Source of the DNA: Emiliania huxleyi CCMP1516
Taxonomy: Eukaryota
Length of the DNA: 64,000 bases
Direction: 5' to 3'
Assembly (NCBI RefSeq): GCF_000372725.1
Contig: NW_005201551.1
Coordinates: 218,520 to 282,519 of the forward strand
The translations under genes and the position numbers were made by a program. The notes beneath the pieces were generated by a model, which ran no database searches, was not told the DNA's origin, and worked only from the letters and a program-made list of their open reading frames with translations. How positions within the stretch are numbered: the first letter of the stretch is position 1; each line of letters starts with the position of its first letter. Positions 43,916-62,408 of the stretch are shown here, in pieces.

Positions 43916-44709
43916 GCGTTCGTGTGTTTGTATGTGCGGTGTGTGTGCGTGTGCGCGCCTTCCCGAACCCGCCCCGGGCGGCCGCGTAGCAAGCCAGCAG
44001 CGAGCCGAGGGCGGCGGCCTAAAAAAGAAGAAAAGCCGGCCGGTAAAAAAGAAAACACGGCGGGGCGGTGCGAGCAGCAGGGCGGGGAGACGTTGAGGGT
44101 GGCCGGAGGCGGGAAGACGTCGGAGGCGGCGGTGTCGTCGGCGGTGGAGAAGCAGCCGCCGGCCGCAGCGCAGGCCTGAGGCAAGGTATAAGGTAAGGTA
44201 AGGTAAGGCACAAGGCAAAGCAAGGTAAGGTCAGGTAAGGGGTACTCCACGTTGTGGCGCGTGTGTTTTCCACGTTGAATGATGTTTCCACGTTGTGCCT
44301 CTCTCTCAGGTCTCGGTGGAGCATCTGAGGAGATGTGGGGAGATATAAGGAGGTAGGTATTCGGCATCTAGGGGCGCAGGCAAGGTCGAAGGCGAGCTAT
44401 GAGGAGATGTGGGGAGATATAAGGAGGTAGGTATTCAGCATCTAGGGGCGCAGGCAAGGTCGAAGGCGAGAGGGCCGATGCAGCTGTCCTCCCAGTCCAC
44501 CAGCGCCGCCTGCCGAGATCAGCGGAGATCAGCCGAGATCTAGCTTGACAGCCGGCCTCCTGGTCCACCAGCGCCGCCTGCCGAGATCAGCGGAGATCAG
44601 CCGAGATGAGCCGAGATGAGCCGAGATTGACAGCACGTGCAAACTGGAAATGGAGCCACATCTCGGCAATATCTCGGCCATATCTCGGCATATCGCCGCC
44701 TGCGAGGTC

Positions 44710-45305
44710 TTGAGGTCGAGCAGCACCTATAATTCAGTATTAAGTACTCTCATAATGCATTATCAACTAAGGGTTAAGAGGTCTCGAGGTCGAGCAGCAC
44801 CTATTCAGTTATTAAGTACTCTCATAATGCATTATCAACTAAGGGTTAAGAGGTCTCGAGGTCGAGCAGCACCTATTCAGTTCTTGACGACGAATGAAAC
44901 TACGCTCAAACTATAAATAAGAGGTCTCGAGGTTGAGCGGGCACCTATTCAGTTCTTGACGACGAATTAAACTACGCTCAAACTATAATTAAGAGGTCTC
45001 GAGGTTGAGCAGCACCTATTCAGTTATTAAGTACTCTCATAATGCATTATCAGTTGATAATTAAGAGGTCTCGAGGTTGAGCGGGCACCTATTCAGTTCT
45101 TGGCGACGAATTAAACTACGCTCAAACTATAATTAAGAGGTCTCGAGGTTGAGCGGGCACCTATTCAGTTCTTGGCGACTAATTAAACTACGCTCAAACT
45201 ATAATTAAGAGGTCTCGAGGTTGAGCGGGCACCTATTCAGTTCTTGGCGACGAATTAAACTACGCTCAAACTATAATTAAGAGGTCTCGAGGTTGAGCGG
45301 GCACG
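44710..45305. repeat. ~70-bp AT-rich intronic tandem array (paralogue ~49905-50365)
   Basis: Recurring gaggtctcgaggt(t/c)gagc...cacctattcagtt with two interleaved spacer types. Confidence 0.9.
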
Positions 45306-46851
45306 TTGTCCGCGTACGGATCACCGTGCAGCAGCCTGCGGACATCAGTTATTCATCCTCAACTATTACTCGTTGATGGATGTGCAGCAGTCTGGGGGCA
45401 GTGTGTGTCTCAGAACCGTCACTGTTTTGTGTCGGAGGTGTCTCGGAGGTGTCTCGGAGGTGTCTCGGAGGTGCCTCGGAGGTGTCTCGGAGGTGTCTCG
45501 GAGGTGTCTCGGAGGTGTCTCGGAAGTGTCTCGGAGGTGCCTCGGAGGTGTCTCGGAAGTGTCGCGCGCCCCCGTGGCAGAGACGCGTCGGCAAGCACCG
45601 CCCGAGCCGTGTCCAGCCTACGGTTAGTCATTAGTGATAAGCGAATTCAGTCTGCCATAAACCAAACTGACCTTGAATAGGGAGTCTGCCTTCGGCTCCC
45701 AGGATGTCCTCTATGAGGACGGCGGCGCCGTTTGAGCGTCCGTTACGCGTGTGCCTCTTTTGCCACCCGTGTCGAACCTGTGTGCTGTGTGAGAGAGTTG
45801 TGCTTTCGTTGAACTCTACGATGTCCAACCGGCCGGCGGCAAACGCCCACGCGACGAAACCTGTGGGCTCGTCGGCCCGCCACACCTGTGGAAAAAGAAA
45901 CAAGTTCGGCCCAAAAGGAAACGCGACGCGGCTGTTCGACTTGTCGGCCAGCCACACCTGAATAGCAAGGCAATGTGGGGTGGAAGACAGAGACTTTTAG
46001 GCGGCATGTCGGCTCCTTTGGCCCGCCACACCTTGTGGAAAAAAGAGAAACACGTACCGGAAAGATAAAGGACTGGGGGTGTTCCGGCCCACAAGTCCGG
46101 CTCATGCGCCCCAGGCTGACCATCTACCGCACTGGCCACTTCCGCCCCCTCGCTCCCGACCCATCCACCTCGCCTCGGGCCGCGCCGCGCGATCTCGGGC
46201 GATCTCGCGCTATCTCGGGTGATCTCGGGGCCGCGCCGCGCTATCTCGGGCGATCTCGGAGCGTCGCTCGCGCGGCGGCACACCTGCTCAAAAAGGGCGG
46301 GTTGTGGGGTGGATCGGGTCGGGGCGGGGCGGGGCGGGGTTGCTTGGGGCGGGGTGGGGCGGGGTTGTGGGGTGGGGTGGTAATGTCGGGGTGGGGAGTG
46401 GGTGGGCGCCGGAGTGGGAGTGGTGTGGCTGCTCCTGTGGTGCGGGCGACGGCTTCTGAGGAAGCCGTCGCCCGCGCCTTCCCTTTCGCGCGAATCGTGT
46501 TATGTGCGACCGCCTTTCGTAAAATTCTTTTTCAGGGGTGATTAGAGTTCTTTTTAATCCTTCCATGTACTTAGGTTACCACCAACACCTCGATGTCCAG
46601 ATACCCCGGCGCTGCGCGTGCGTCCAGCGGCAACGAAGAAGAACCACCCACCACGCCCACCCACCTACGTCAAACCCCACCCACCCACGTCAAACCCCAC
46701 CCGCCCACCCACCAAACCCCCGCGCGCCCCCACCGTCGCTGTACGTCGTGCTTCGCTCCTTCGCAGCCGCAGGGTCTGCTGCCCTCTGCCGTGCTCAGGC
46801 GGCGGTCCCGCCAGACCCTGCGCCCTTGCCGCCCGGCCGGAGCTGGAGAGC

Positions 46852-48047
46852 TCAGCGGCTGAGGTAGATGCCGCGCTCCTTGCACACGGCCACCAGCTCA
46901 GGCTGCTCCGTGTTGTCCACGACGAGCGCCTGCACGCGAGGGGAGGTGCGATGAGCATTAGGCGGGGGGAGGGGCGTGTGGCGAGGGGGGGCGTCTCGCG
47001 CCTTCAGGCTCGGGGCGGCCCCCTCCTTGAGGGCGGCGGCCAGCGCCTTGCAGCCCTCGTCGCCAATCTTGTTGAGCTGGAGATTGAGCTCCTCGAGCCG
47101 CGGCGCTGCCCCGCTCGCGAGGACCTCCGCCAGCTGCGCCGCCTCCGCGTCGCCCCAGCCGAGACGGGTGTAGTACAGCTTGGTCGCCTTTCCAAACTGC
47201 TCCTCGAAGGCGGCCTCGTACAGCTGCTTCACCAGCGGCTTGTCGTCCTTGCCGTTGGTGAAGCTCTTTGTCTCCAGCTCCGCCGCGAACGCAGACGGCA
47301 GCAGCGGAGGGCACCGGCCGCCGTCCTGGATGCAGTCGCCGATGAGGCTGAAGTAGTCATACTCCTCGCCGTCGCGCATCTTGCCGAGGTCGAGCGAGAG
47401 GGCGCCAGCCTTTGTCAGGCCAGCCCAGCTCTGCTCGGTGAAGCACCAGCCGCGGTCAAAGTACTTGGCCACGTTGGTGCCCTCGGCCTGGTCCTCCGTG
47501 TTGTGGCCGTCCGGGAAGGAGGTCAGCCGCAGCACGAAAGTGCGCGGGTGGGAGTAGAGCGTGCCGAGGCAGCCCAGCCCCTCCTTGAAGAGCGCGTTCT
47601 GCTCCTCGGTGCGCATGACGTGGTTGGCGGGGTCGGGGTGCTGGTGCAGCGAGCCGAAGTCCCAAAAGACGCCGAGCCGCGGGAGGCGAGTGAGCAGGGC
47701 CTTGAGCGCCCTTGCGACGCGGGCGAGGTTGGCTCCGCGCGGGTCGGGGTGGTCCTTGGTGAGCCACGGGTAGGAGAGCGCTCCGACGGGAAGGCTGCCA
47801 TACTCGGTGGTCGCCTCGACGAGGTCGGCGAGGGAGAGGAAGGCCTCTTTGGGCAGCGCTTGGCGGTGGGTGAGGACGCCGCCCGCCTCGGCGTGGCTGA
47901 TGATCCACTGCGCGTCGAGGACGGCGACGGCCCCGCTCGCGAGGACCGGCTCCAGGTCGCCGCCGCCGCGCTTGCGCCACAGCTTCAGCTTCTCCTCGTA
48001 GGTCAGGCCCGGCTTGCTCGTGTCCGGCTTCTCGTGCCGCAGCCCAT
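46852..48047 (-). pseudogene. HET/TIR-like domain plus LRR, copy 3; frameshifted after codon 5, one full LRR
   Basis: 14-bp imperfect duplication (acgagaagccggac) gives MGCGTRSRTRASRA*; downstream frame intact; 72-bp intron 46930-47001. Confidence 0.75.
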
Positions 48048-48527
48048 CGCTTCGCCTGCCTGTGTAAGGCCGATCGGATGGTGCTCAACAGCGGCTCGGG
48101 CAGCGGCCGCGGCCGCAAACGTGAGCTGAGGGCGTGTCAAGATTGTTGAGATTTTGAATTCTTTTTTTTGAGAGAGCGCCTTCGTTGTTAATAGTGCAAA
48201 CCCAATGGTCTCTCGCGAGCGGTCCGTCGTCGCAGTCGCACACACTCACACGCCACGCCTCACCGCGCGCCCACCCGCTGCCCCGCCCAGGCGGGAAAGA
48301 GATGAGGAGAAGGGACAGCGAAGGAGGAGGCACAAACACGTATGGGAGGAATTCTTTTTAGCAGCTGAACAACAATCAAATCTGGACCGGTTGCACCGCT
48401 GCTGGAGCTCTTTCGCAATCTCAATCTCCCGCTTCTGGTGGATTCGGAGATTCGGCGAGATTCGCAATCCTCAGCCGAGGACGGCGCTCGCAACCTCCCG
48501 CGTTTGAGATTTGGAGATTGGCCGATA

Positions 48528-53147
<4,620 letters not shown>

Positions 53148-53248
53148 GGGTGGTGCACGGTGGTCGCGAGGCTCCGGAGCCGGCGAGCCTTGACACGTGG
53201 ATTTGCAAGAAAAACAAACGGTAATGCTTTCCCCGGCCCTGGATGTGA

Positions 53249-53417
53249 AGGTTGCAGCGAGAAGCGGCGAGAGACTGCGAAAAGAGATACGAAGAGGCAG
53301 ACTCCCCAGGGTGGGCGACGGCTAGCGCATCACACTCCTCTCCTTAAAATCCCTGTGTGGTGGCGGCGTGCCGTTCTCCCATCCCTCCCTTGGGTTGTCT
53401 GTTTTCTTTCTTTCTTT
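53249..53417 (+). mobile_element. 5'-truncated retro-insertion, (CTTT)n-tail family
   Basis: 13-bp duplication gccctggatgtga at 53236-53248 and 53418-53430; ends ttttctttctttcttt. Confidence 0.85.
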
Positions 53418-53717
53418 GCCCTGGATGTGAGGCAAATGACTGCACTCCAAGTGCTCCAAGTTATCCCCGCTCACGAGGCGTGAATCCGTTAGGATTCTTG
53501 TAAAATTGATGGGGATGATGGTTGTGTCGGCGAGCACTACGGTGTTGGCGGATTCGATCATCTGCCTGAGGACGACTTCCTTTATGGCGAGGGCGACGGC
53601 TTCTAAGGAAGCCGTCGCCTGCGCCTTGTCTGTCGTGTGAATCGTGCGTGTGCGAAAGGCTTAGCTTGTAAAATTCTTTTCCACCTTGTCCTTGGCAAAT
53701 TCGATCGACTTCTCACG

Positions 53718-55110
53718 ATGGGCTGCTTCTCCAGCCGCGTCGAGGCCCCGACCGAGGAGCTGCCCGGCCCTCCCGCCGTCGAACGCGACGCCCCGACGCC
53801 CGCCGAAACCGCCGCGCCGACGCAGCCGGCCGACGCCATCCCCTCCGCCACCGATCTCGGCGTCGATGAGGAGAAGCTGGAACTGTGGCGCAAGCTCGGC
53901 GGCGGCGACCTGGAGCGTGTCCTCGCGAGCGGCGCCGTCGCCGTCCTCGACGCGCAGTGGCTCATCAGCCACGCCGAGGCGGGCGGCGTCCTCTCCCACC
54001 GCCAGGCGCTGCCCAAAGAGGCCTTCCTCTCTTTCGCCGATCTCGTCGAGGCGACCAACAAGTATGCGGGTTGGCTTCCCGTCGGAGCGCTCTCCTACCC
54101 GTGGCTGACCAAGGACCACCCCGACCCGCGCGGAGCCAACCTCTCCCGCGTCGCGAGGGCGCTCAAGGCCCTGCTCAGCCGCCCCAACCTCACCCCCCGG
54201 CTCGGCGTCTTTTGGGACTTCGGCTCGCTGCACCAGCACCCCGACCCCGCCAACGGCGACATGCGCACCGAGGAGCAGAACGCGCTCTTCAAGCAGGGGC
54301 TGGGCTGCCTCGGCACGCTCTACTCCCACCAGAACACGTTCGTGCTGCGGCTGACCTCCTTCCCGGACGGCCACAAGGCGGAGGACCAGGCCGAGGGCAC
54401 CAACGTGGCCAAGTACTTTGACCGCGGCTGGTGCGCCACCGAGAACGCCTGGGCGAGCCTGACAAAGGTCGGCGCCCTCTCGCTCGACCTCGGCAAGATG
54501 CGCGCCGGCAAGGAGTACGACTTCGACAGCCTCACCCTCGACTGCACCCAGGAGGGCGGCCGGTGCCCTCCGCTGCTGGCGTCGGCGTTCGCGGCGGAGC
54601 TGGAGAAGAAGAGCTTCACCAACGGCAAGGACGACAAGCCGCTCGTGAAGCGGCTGTACGAGGTCGCCTTCAAGGAGCAGTTTGGCAAGGCGACCGAGCT
54701 GGTCTACGACAGCCTCGGCTGGGGCGACGCGGAGGCGGCGCAGCTGGCGGCGGTCCTCGCGAGCGGGGCAGCGCCGCGGCTCGAGATCCTCTATCTCGAA
54801 GGCAACAAGATTGGCGACGAGGGCTGCAAGGCGCTGGCCGCCGCCCTCGGCAAGGAGGGGGCAGCGCCGCGGCTCGAGAGGCTCTGGCTTCACGGCAACC
54901 AGATTGGCGACGAGGGCTGCAAGGCGCTGGCCGCCGCCCTCAAGGAGGGGGCCGCCCCGAGCTTGAAGGCGCGAGATGCTCCTCTCGCCACACGCCCCTC
55001 CCCCGCCCAATGCTGATCGCACCTCCCCTCGCGTGCAGACGCTCTGGGTGGGCAACAAGCAGCCTGAGCTGGTGGCCGTGTGCGAGGAGCGCGGCATCAG
55101 GCTGCGCTGA
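53718..55110 (+). CDS. HET/TIR-like domain plus LRR protein, copy 4 (exons 53718-54968, 55039-55110)
   Basis: MGCFSS start with a longer Pro/Ala linker; same HET motifs (RGWCATE); two full LRRs; 70-bp GC-AG intron. Confidence 0.85.
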
Positions 55111-55475
55111 GCCTCTCCAGCCCCGGCCGGGCGGCGAGGGCGCGGGTTCCTGCGGGACCGCCGCGCGAGCACGGCAGAGAGAGCAGCAGACCCTGCGGCT
55201 GCGGAGCACGACGCACAGCGGCGGCAATGGGGGGGGGGGGGGGGGGGGGGTGTCTGCCTCTCTCGGGGCGCGCTTCGCCCGCTTGAGACAAGAGCGTCGG
55301 AGCGCTCAAAAGAGCGGGAGAGGGGGAAGTGGGGTCAGGGTCTGGTTGGGCGAAAGACACGGGAGACAGTCGGGGGAATACGGAATAGATGATGCGGCAG
55401 ACCGGAGGCATCTGGCCATTTTTGGCGTGTTGCACGTTGTAAGGTAGGTAAAGTAAATTTCTCCACAAAAAACAA

Positions 55476-55788
<313 letters not shown>

Positions 55789-56994
55789 CCTCTTCTTTGT
55801 TCGAATGTTTTTCAATCCATCCTTCACGAAGCCCTCCCATGTAGCTAGCGTTCTTTGCGAATGTCTCGAAATGGCCAGCAGGCGCTGTCTGCTCGCGGTC
55901 TGTGCGGGCCGCTCGTCCTCCTCGCCCTTCTTTCGTCCTCCCGTCCCTCCCCTCCACCATGGCCTCCTCGGCACTTCTTTCTCCATCCGCCTCGCCCTGC
56001 CTTTTCGTATCGTGCCGTTCGCCTTCCATTCGGTGACCTCCATGGCCGTCCGCCTCCTTTTTTGGGTGGCGCTCTCGATACGGTTGCGTCAACCTCGACG
56101 TCGCTGTCGCCCTCCCCGTGCGTCCCCGCCGTCGCCCGTGCCTCGGTTCGCGTCATTGGTAGCGTTTCCGTTGTTCCCTCGTGCCCCGCCGTCGCCCTCT
56201 CTGCTCGGGCCGTTCGCGATTTCGCTCCTCCTACGTGTCGCCCCTCCGTCTCCTCCCCTGCCTCCGTCGTCATCGTCGCTGTCGCGAAAGCCCTCCGGTC
56301 CCTCGATTCCCTCGTCTATCCCCTCCGCTGCGTCGTCCCAGTTTACATCGTTGTCGGCTCGCCTCCGTCGACTGTGGCGCTGCCTCTTCCCTCGCCTCCG
56401 TCCTCCTCGTCTCGCCTGCCATCGTCCCGTGTCTCCTCGTCCTCGCCATCGCCTTGGCCGTTGTCTACCTGTTCATCGTGTCCCCTGCTGCCGGTGGCAT
56501 CGCCGTTGGCTTCCTCTCTCCCCCTTTCCTCCCTTCCCCTCTCGCTGTCTGGTGTTAATGGACCCCCTTCCTCTCTGCGGAATCGACCCTATCAAGTGCT
56601 CAAGTAAAAAAAACTCGACCCACGTAGACAAGGAGCGCGCGCCAATGGCCGCCTCCGTGACACTCCCACCTCCTGGGCCGGCGCGGGAGTTTTAACGAGT
56701 TTCTCCCAGCCGGCCGCCTCCTGACACGCCCACTGACCGAGCCCATCGAAAAAATCCGGCGCGCCGCACTGCTCTGACCCCTGCTCGCCCCTGCTCGCCC
56801 CTGCTCGCCCCTGCTCGCCACTGTCGCCTCGGTTGCCGAGGCTGCCGCGCACCCGCGCGCTACGCGACTACGAACTGCACCAGCTGGGCTCGAACCAACG
56901 ACCAAAACGTCCCCGACCTATCGCGCCACTCGACGCCCCGCGGCCGCCTCTCGCCTACCGCGCCGCCCTCGCCGGCCGCCGCACCGCCCGCGCT

Positions 56995-57155
56995 CCAGCC
57001 TAACCAGCTCTGTGCTCCAGCCTAAGCTCTGTGCTCCAGCCTAACTAGCCCTGTGCCCCAGCCTAACCAGCAGCCTAACCAGCTCTGTGCTCCAGCCTAA
57101 CAAGCTCTCCAGCCTAACCAGTAACCAGATCTGTGCTCCAGCTAACCAGCTCTGC
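56995..57155. repeat. degenerate ~22-bp tandem repeat (cagcctaaccagctctgtgctc)
   Basis: Direct reading. Confidence 0.8.
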
Positions 57156-57723
57156 ATCTCGCAACACACTCATGACAGGGACAGACCAGGCGCAGGAAAA
57201 GGGAGCGGGGCCCGAATCCAAGGGACCACCCCGTCGGGCGGAGGAGCTGTGAACTCAGGTCCAGTAGGAAGGCTGCTGGCTCCTGACTCATCCCCCAAAT
57301 CCCCCACCCCTGTGGCCTGAAACCTTAGCATTCGACCACCTCACACACACCCCTCCCCTAGGCGAGACGTCGACCACTCCTCAGGAATAGTTCTGTCAGT
57401 GGCTGCATTAGACGCCCATACGGAGGCGCGCTGCGCGGGCGGATGACCAGGGGAGAATAACCGGAGATCCTAGCTCGCTGGGAGACGTGCGCAACCTAGA
57501 GTTGGGAATAGGGGAGAAGTGTCAGTGTGAGGGGAGGGCGTGCGCCGGCGTTTTTGCCTTTGAAAACTAAACAGTTTTTTTCAAGTGCTCAAGTGCTCAA
57601 GGTAGGAAGGTGAAGAACAGCCAGGCTCGGACTGGACACCAACGCGGTATGGGTGGACGCTGGACAGATAGAGAGAGAGATAGATGATGACGACACGCAC
57701 GAGCGACACACAACCCAAGGATA

Positions 57724-58759
57724 GGGTGCCCACAGGGCCCAAAAAAAGAAAAGAAAAAAGAAATGGGCGACCCCAGATCGCAGCACTTCGTGTTGGCCAG
57801 TCGAGATATTGAGAGTGTGACTAGGAGGGAGGGACGCTGGGGATTCTCAAAGGTATACCCTTGGAATGGCCGGATCCAGCCTTAAAAGTACGAGATCGCG
57901 CGCGCTTCGCGCGCTGCACCGCCTGTTCTCCGCGGCTGAGTGACGACGCGTGCCGTGTGCCACCAGAGTTGGGCGCGCGCGGCGCGACGGCGCCCGCGAG
58001 GGAAGGCGCGGGTGCAGCGGCCGCCGGCGGCCGTACCGCCCGCCAGCCGGCGCAGCAGCGGCCAGCGCAGCGGCCGCCGGCGCAGCAGCCAGAGCAGCCG
58101 GTGCGCGCCTTGCGAGGCGAGTACTGCCGTCCGGCAGCCTTGAGGCGGCCGGGCGGCAGTACTCGTTCGAACTTTGCGAGCCGTGCGCGCGCCGAGGCGC
58201 CCGCGGCGCGCGCCCGCCCGGCTGCCAGGAGGAGGCGGCGCAATATGGCCTATAGTACAGCCCTTAGGAGGAGGAAGAGGCTGGCTGGCAGTGCTGTATG
58301 CCGCCGAGGGGCAGTTTTGGGGTGCTGTCACGGGCCCAGGGGGCTGCAGAACGCGTCCGCAGCCGGGACAACCCGCCCCCCCAGCCGAGGCCGGTCGAAT
58401 CCCACTTGGTCACAGCCATGAGGAGTCCTCTTGGTGCTCCTGGCGGCCGTTGGAATGGCGAGCGCGCGCCGATGGGGGGGGGGGGGGGTCTTGCTTGCTC
58501 CACACCGAGCGCCATCGGTCCGGACCGGCGTGACCACCGAGGGATGGCCTGCACAAGGTCTGAGCCGCGGGCGCTCGGCGCCAAGTGCAGTGTCACGCTC
58601 GCGCTCGCGCGTGACAAACCGGGGAACCCTCGTTTCCTATGTACTCGGTCCCCCAACGGAAGAGGCCTCTCTCCTATTGGAACTGGCCAACATCAGATTT
58701 GCCTCGTGCGTCCCTTTTTGAGCCGAAAAGCTATTTTCTTTTGGGTCCTGTGGGCACCC
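57724..58759 (-). mobile_element. ~1.04-kb non-autonomous TIR element, copy 2
   Basis: Inverted copy of 16443-17478; TA on both flanks. Confidence 0.9.
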
Positions 58760-59311
58760 TACCAAGGAAGGGATGGGAGGACGGCGCGCCGACCGTTATT
58801 TCTTTTGAGCTTAGCCTTCGTGTTATGAAACAACGCAAGGCGGACAGGGCATATCGCTCTCGGGCTCACAGACATCCCTCATACCCGCCGCACACCCGCC
58901 GCCCCCGCGCGCGCCCCACCCCGGCCGGGAGAAAGGGGAGTGACAGTTTGGGATGGCAACAGAACGAGTATGTTGAGTCCTGGCTCAACAACGCAGAGAG
59001 AAATGAAAGCTGTCCGGCTCCCAAGTCCGGCTCACGCGCCCCGACTGACCGATCTACCGCACTGAACACTTCCGCCCCCTCGCTCCCAACCCATCCACCC
59101 CGCCCCGGGCCGCGCCGCGCGATCTCGGGCGATCTCGCGCGATCTCGGGCGATCTCTCGGGGCCGCGCCGCGCTAAGGTAAGGTAAGGTAAGGTAAACTT
59201 CTCCACACACACGAGGTGGTGGGGCAAGGGGGGGCAACCCTCGCGTCTCCACGTCTGACGACAGGAGCCCCACGGCATTCAAAGTGCAAGGCCCAGTGCG
59301 CGTGGGTGAGC

Positions 59312-59447
<136 letters not shown>

Positions 59448-62408
59448 TCACGTCACTGCATCCTCCGCCGGTTCCTCCCGTCGCGCTATCTCGGCGATCT
59501 CGCGCTATCTCGGGCGATCTCGGGGCCGCGCCGCGCTATCTCGGGCGATCTCGGAGCGTCGCTCGCGCGGCGTCACATTATTTCTTTTTAACAGTCTGTT
59601 AAGGGGGGAGAAGATGAGGACGTCACCGAGCGGGGGCTGCCGGGAAGGTGGTGGGCGGGGCGTGGATGCACCTTAAACGGGCGAGTAGCGGGAAGACCGT
59701 CGATACTCCGGCGGAAGAGTGCTCCCCCGCCGCCCCCTGGGTCACCCCGAGTGACCTCGCAGCCCACGCCGTGAGGCGCTGCTGTCAGGGGAATGTTGGG
59801 GGCGCGCAAAGCCGCTCGGAAGAGACGGCCAGGAGCCAAGGAGCGGCCGGAGCGCGGCGAAAGACCGCGGGGAAGTGGCCGCCGCATACAGCCTCTGGCG
59901 GGCCTCCGGCGGACGCCTGCGGCGTGGCGCTGCGCGCGACCGGCCCCTTCTCGGTGCGCTGCAGGACGCCCTCGCTCAAACGCGCACCTGCCGGGTCGGG
60001 GCGGTCACGGGACCGGCTGAAATTGCGGCCGCAGCTGCTTGGGGGGGTGAGGATGGCCGGGCTTGAACGGCTTCTCGCGAGGTATCCGCGTCCCGACGCA
60101 GCAGCGATTTGGCATTCTATATCTTTCGCGGCCTTCGCCGAGCGCAGGCGAGGCCTAGCAGGCGGCGGTAAATTTCTTTTACCCGCCCGCGCCGAGCCAA
60201 AGGAGCTAGCGAGCGAATCGCCGGGGCGGGCGCCTGGCGGCTCCGCGGCGCAAAAACTTGCGCGTGAATTCTGAGCGTCACAAGACGTTTCGGCGGCGTC
60301 GCAAGAACGAGGCAGAGGAGAGCGACGCGACAGAGAAAGAAGCGACAAGGGAAAGAACGACGAGAGTGGGACGACCGCGAGGTGGCATGAAGGTCGCAGC
60401 GAGAATCGACACCGTGTGTGTATCGCGCGCCTTGCACCGGGTTCTCCCGCCTTTGTGGAAAGTGCTGCCGTCACTTTGCTACCGTCGCAAAGTGCGCACG
60501 AGGCGTAGTACGTCCTGGCTGTGGAGACACGGCAAGCTCAGAGGTCCTCACAGCGAGACTGAGGTCCTTGCACGGCTCAGAGGTCCTCACCAGCGAGATG
60601 CATCTATCTCGTAGCCACATCAATCGAGCCTCCACTCTTCTTGTCTAGGAGCCTGTGTGCGGTGGCCATTTCTTGTTGTGCACACGACACTGGACTGGCG
60701 CGCACTGGCATGCGAGGGAGCTTTGTTGTAAAATTCTTGTTGCAGCGTTTCATCGATGTGTGAGGACCTCTCGGTGAGGACCTCGCTCGACCTCTGACTT
60801 GGACCGCCGGGGCCCCACTCCCTTCACTCTCTCCCGGGCTCTCTCTCGCTGGCCCAAAACAAAGCCCTTTTTGTCGCCCTCTCGATGCCGGCAGGGGGCA
60901 CACTCCATCTCACGACCTTTTGAGATTGTACATTACATGAACATGTGTTTTGTTGAAGTGGAAGGGAGAAAGAATGTTAACCACATATATGGTGGTTATT
61001 AGTGCGATGTAGCGCTGTCCAACCGAAGGCACCGCCCCACGCCACGGTTGCCAGCCGTGCCTTCGCGAGAGTCGCCCTCGAGCCGCGTCCCGTCGGCACT
61101 ACCCTCGAGTGCGTGTCGCTTTGGTTGGCGACACCCACTTCGTCGAGGGCAGTCCGGCCGACGGGAGCCTGTCGCGCGCCGGCGACGAATGCGGCGTGCG
61201 TGTGTGCCTTCGAAGCGACGATGGCACGACCACCGCCCTGCTTCCTGACCGGGCAAGGAGGGGCCTACTCCCGTTCCACGAGGAACAGGAGGTCTCCCCC
61301 CCTCCCCCGGCCTGAGCAGCGACGGGTGGACGGCAGCCCCTTCGAGGTTAGCAGGCGAGCCAGTTCAGTCTCAACCACACGCACCCCGCGCCTGTACTCC
61401 ACCAAGTCAAGGTGAAAAGATCTTATCAACCAGGCGGGCGCGCCCACTTATTTCTTTTTTCCGGGCCCTTGGACGCGGCCGCCCGCCAAGGCCCTTTTGG
61501 CAATGCCAGCTGTCGGCCCCTGTGTCCCCAGGCCGCCCGCCGGCCCATGCCCGCCGCATCAGCCGATCCGCGTCGGAGCCGATCCGCACGCCGTGCGCCA
61601 CCTCCTCCAGTGGCGCTCTCCAGCCTCCGACGGAAGCTCTGCTGGGACAGTCCGAGAGCTCTGCTGCGCCGAGGACGGCGAGGAGAGCCCCCCCGGGCTG
61701 GCGCCGGCCGCGGCCGACGCCCACGCCGAGGAGGAGGAGCTGGGAGTGGTGGGCTCGCCCTCCTCACACCGCCGCCAGCTCGACGGCCCACCGAGCCCTC
61801 CACCTCCCTCGCCGCCTCCTCCCTCGCCGCCGCCGCTGCCATCGGCCTCGCCCCCACCTGCCTCGACGCGGCTCGAGAGCGCACCCGCCCGGAAAGGCCG
61901 CGCCCTGTCCGCGCCTCCCACCTCGCCGCCGCCCTCGCCGCCGCCCGCCGCGCCGCTGCCGCCCTCGCTGCCGCTCCCCGCCGCTCTCGCGCCTGCGCTG
62001 AGCGTCCGAGTCGACACCGGCCTGCGCCGAATAGATGATGAAGCACACCCGGAGATTAGACCCGCAATTTAACGGCACGGCACCTGGCGGCGGCGTGTTC
62101 AAATCGCGGGGCTCGCCCTCGCTCTCAATGAGTAGCTCATTTCTCTCTAGTCAACCCCTTACGCACTCTTCACACAGGAGCACTCACAGCAGAAGGCTCA
62201 CGGGGCCGACTACAGTGTACAGCGGGGAGGAGTGCTCTCTAGTTAATGATCTCTGGCCACGCGAGTGTGAATTCGTAGTCAACGATCTCTCGCCACGCTC
62301 GCCGTCAAAGGTAGGTAGGCAGGTAGGTGTTACCTGACACTGTCTAGGCAGAGGCAGGGAGGGACCCCCGCACACACGAACCCACACATACAGCTCGCCG
62401 TCAAAACT

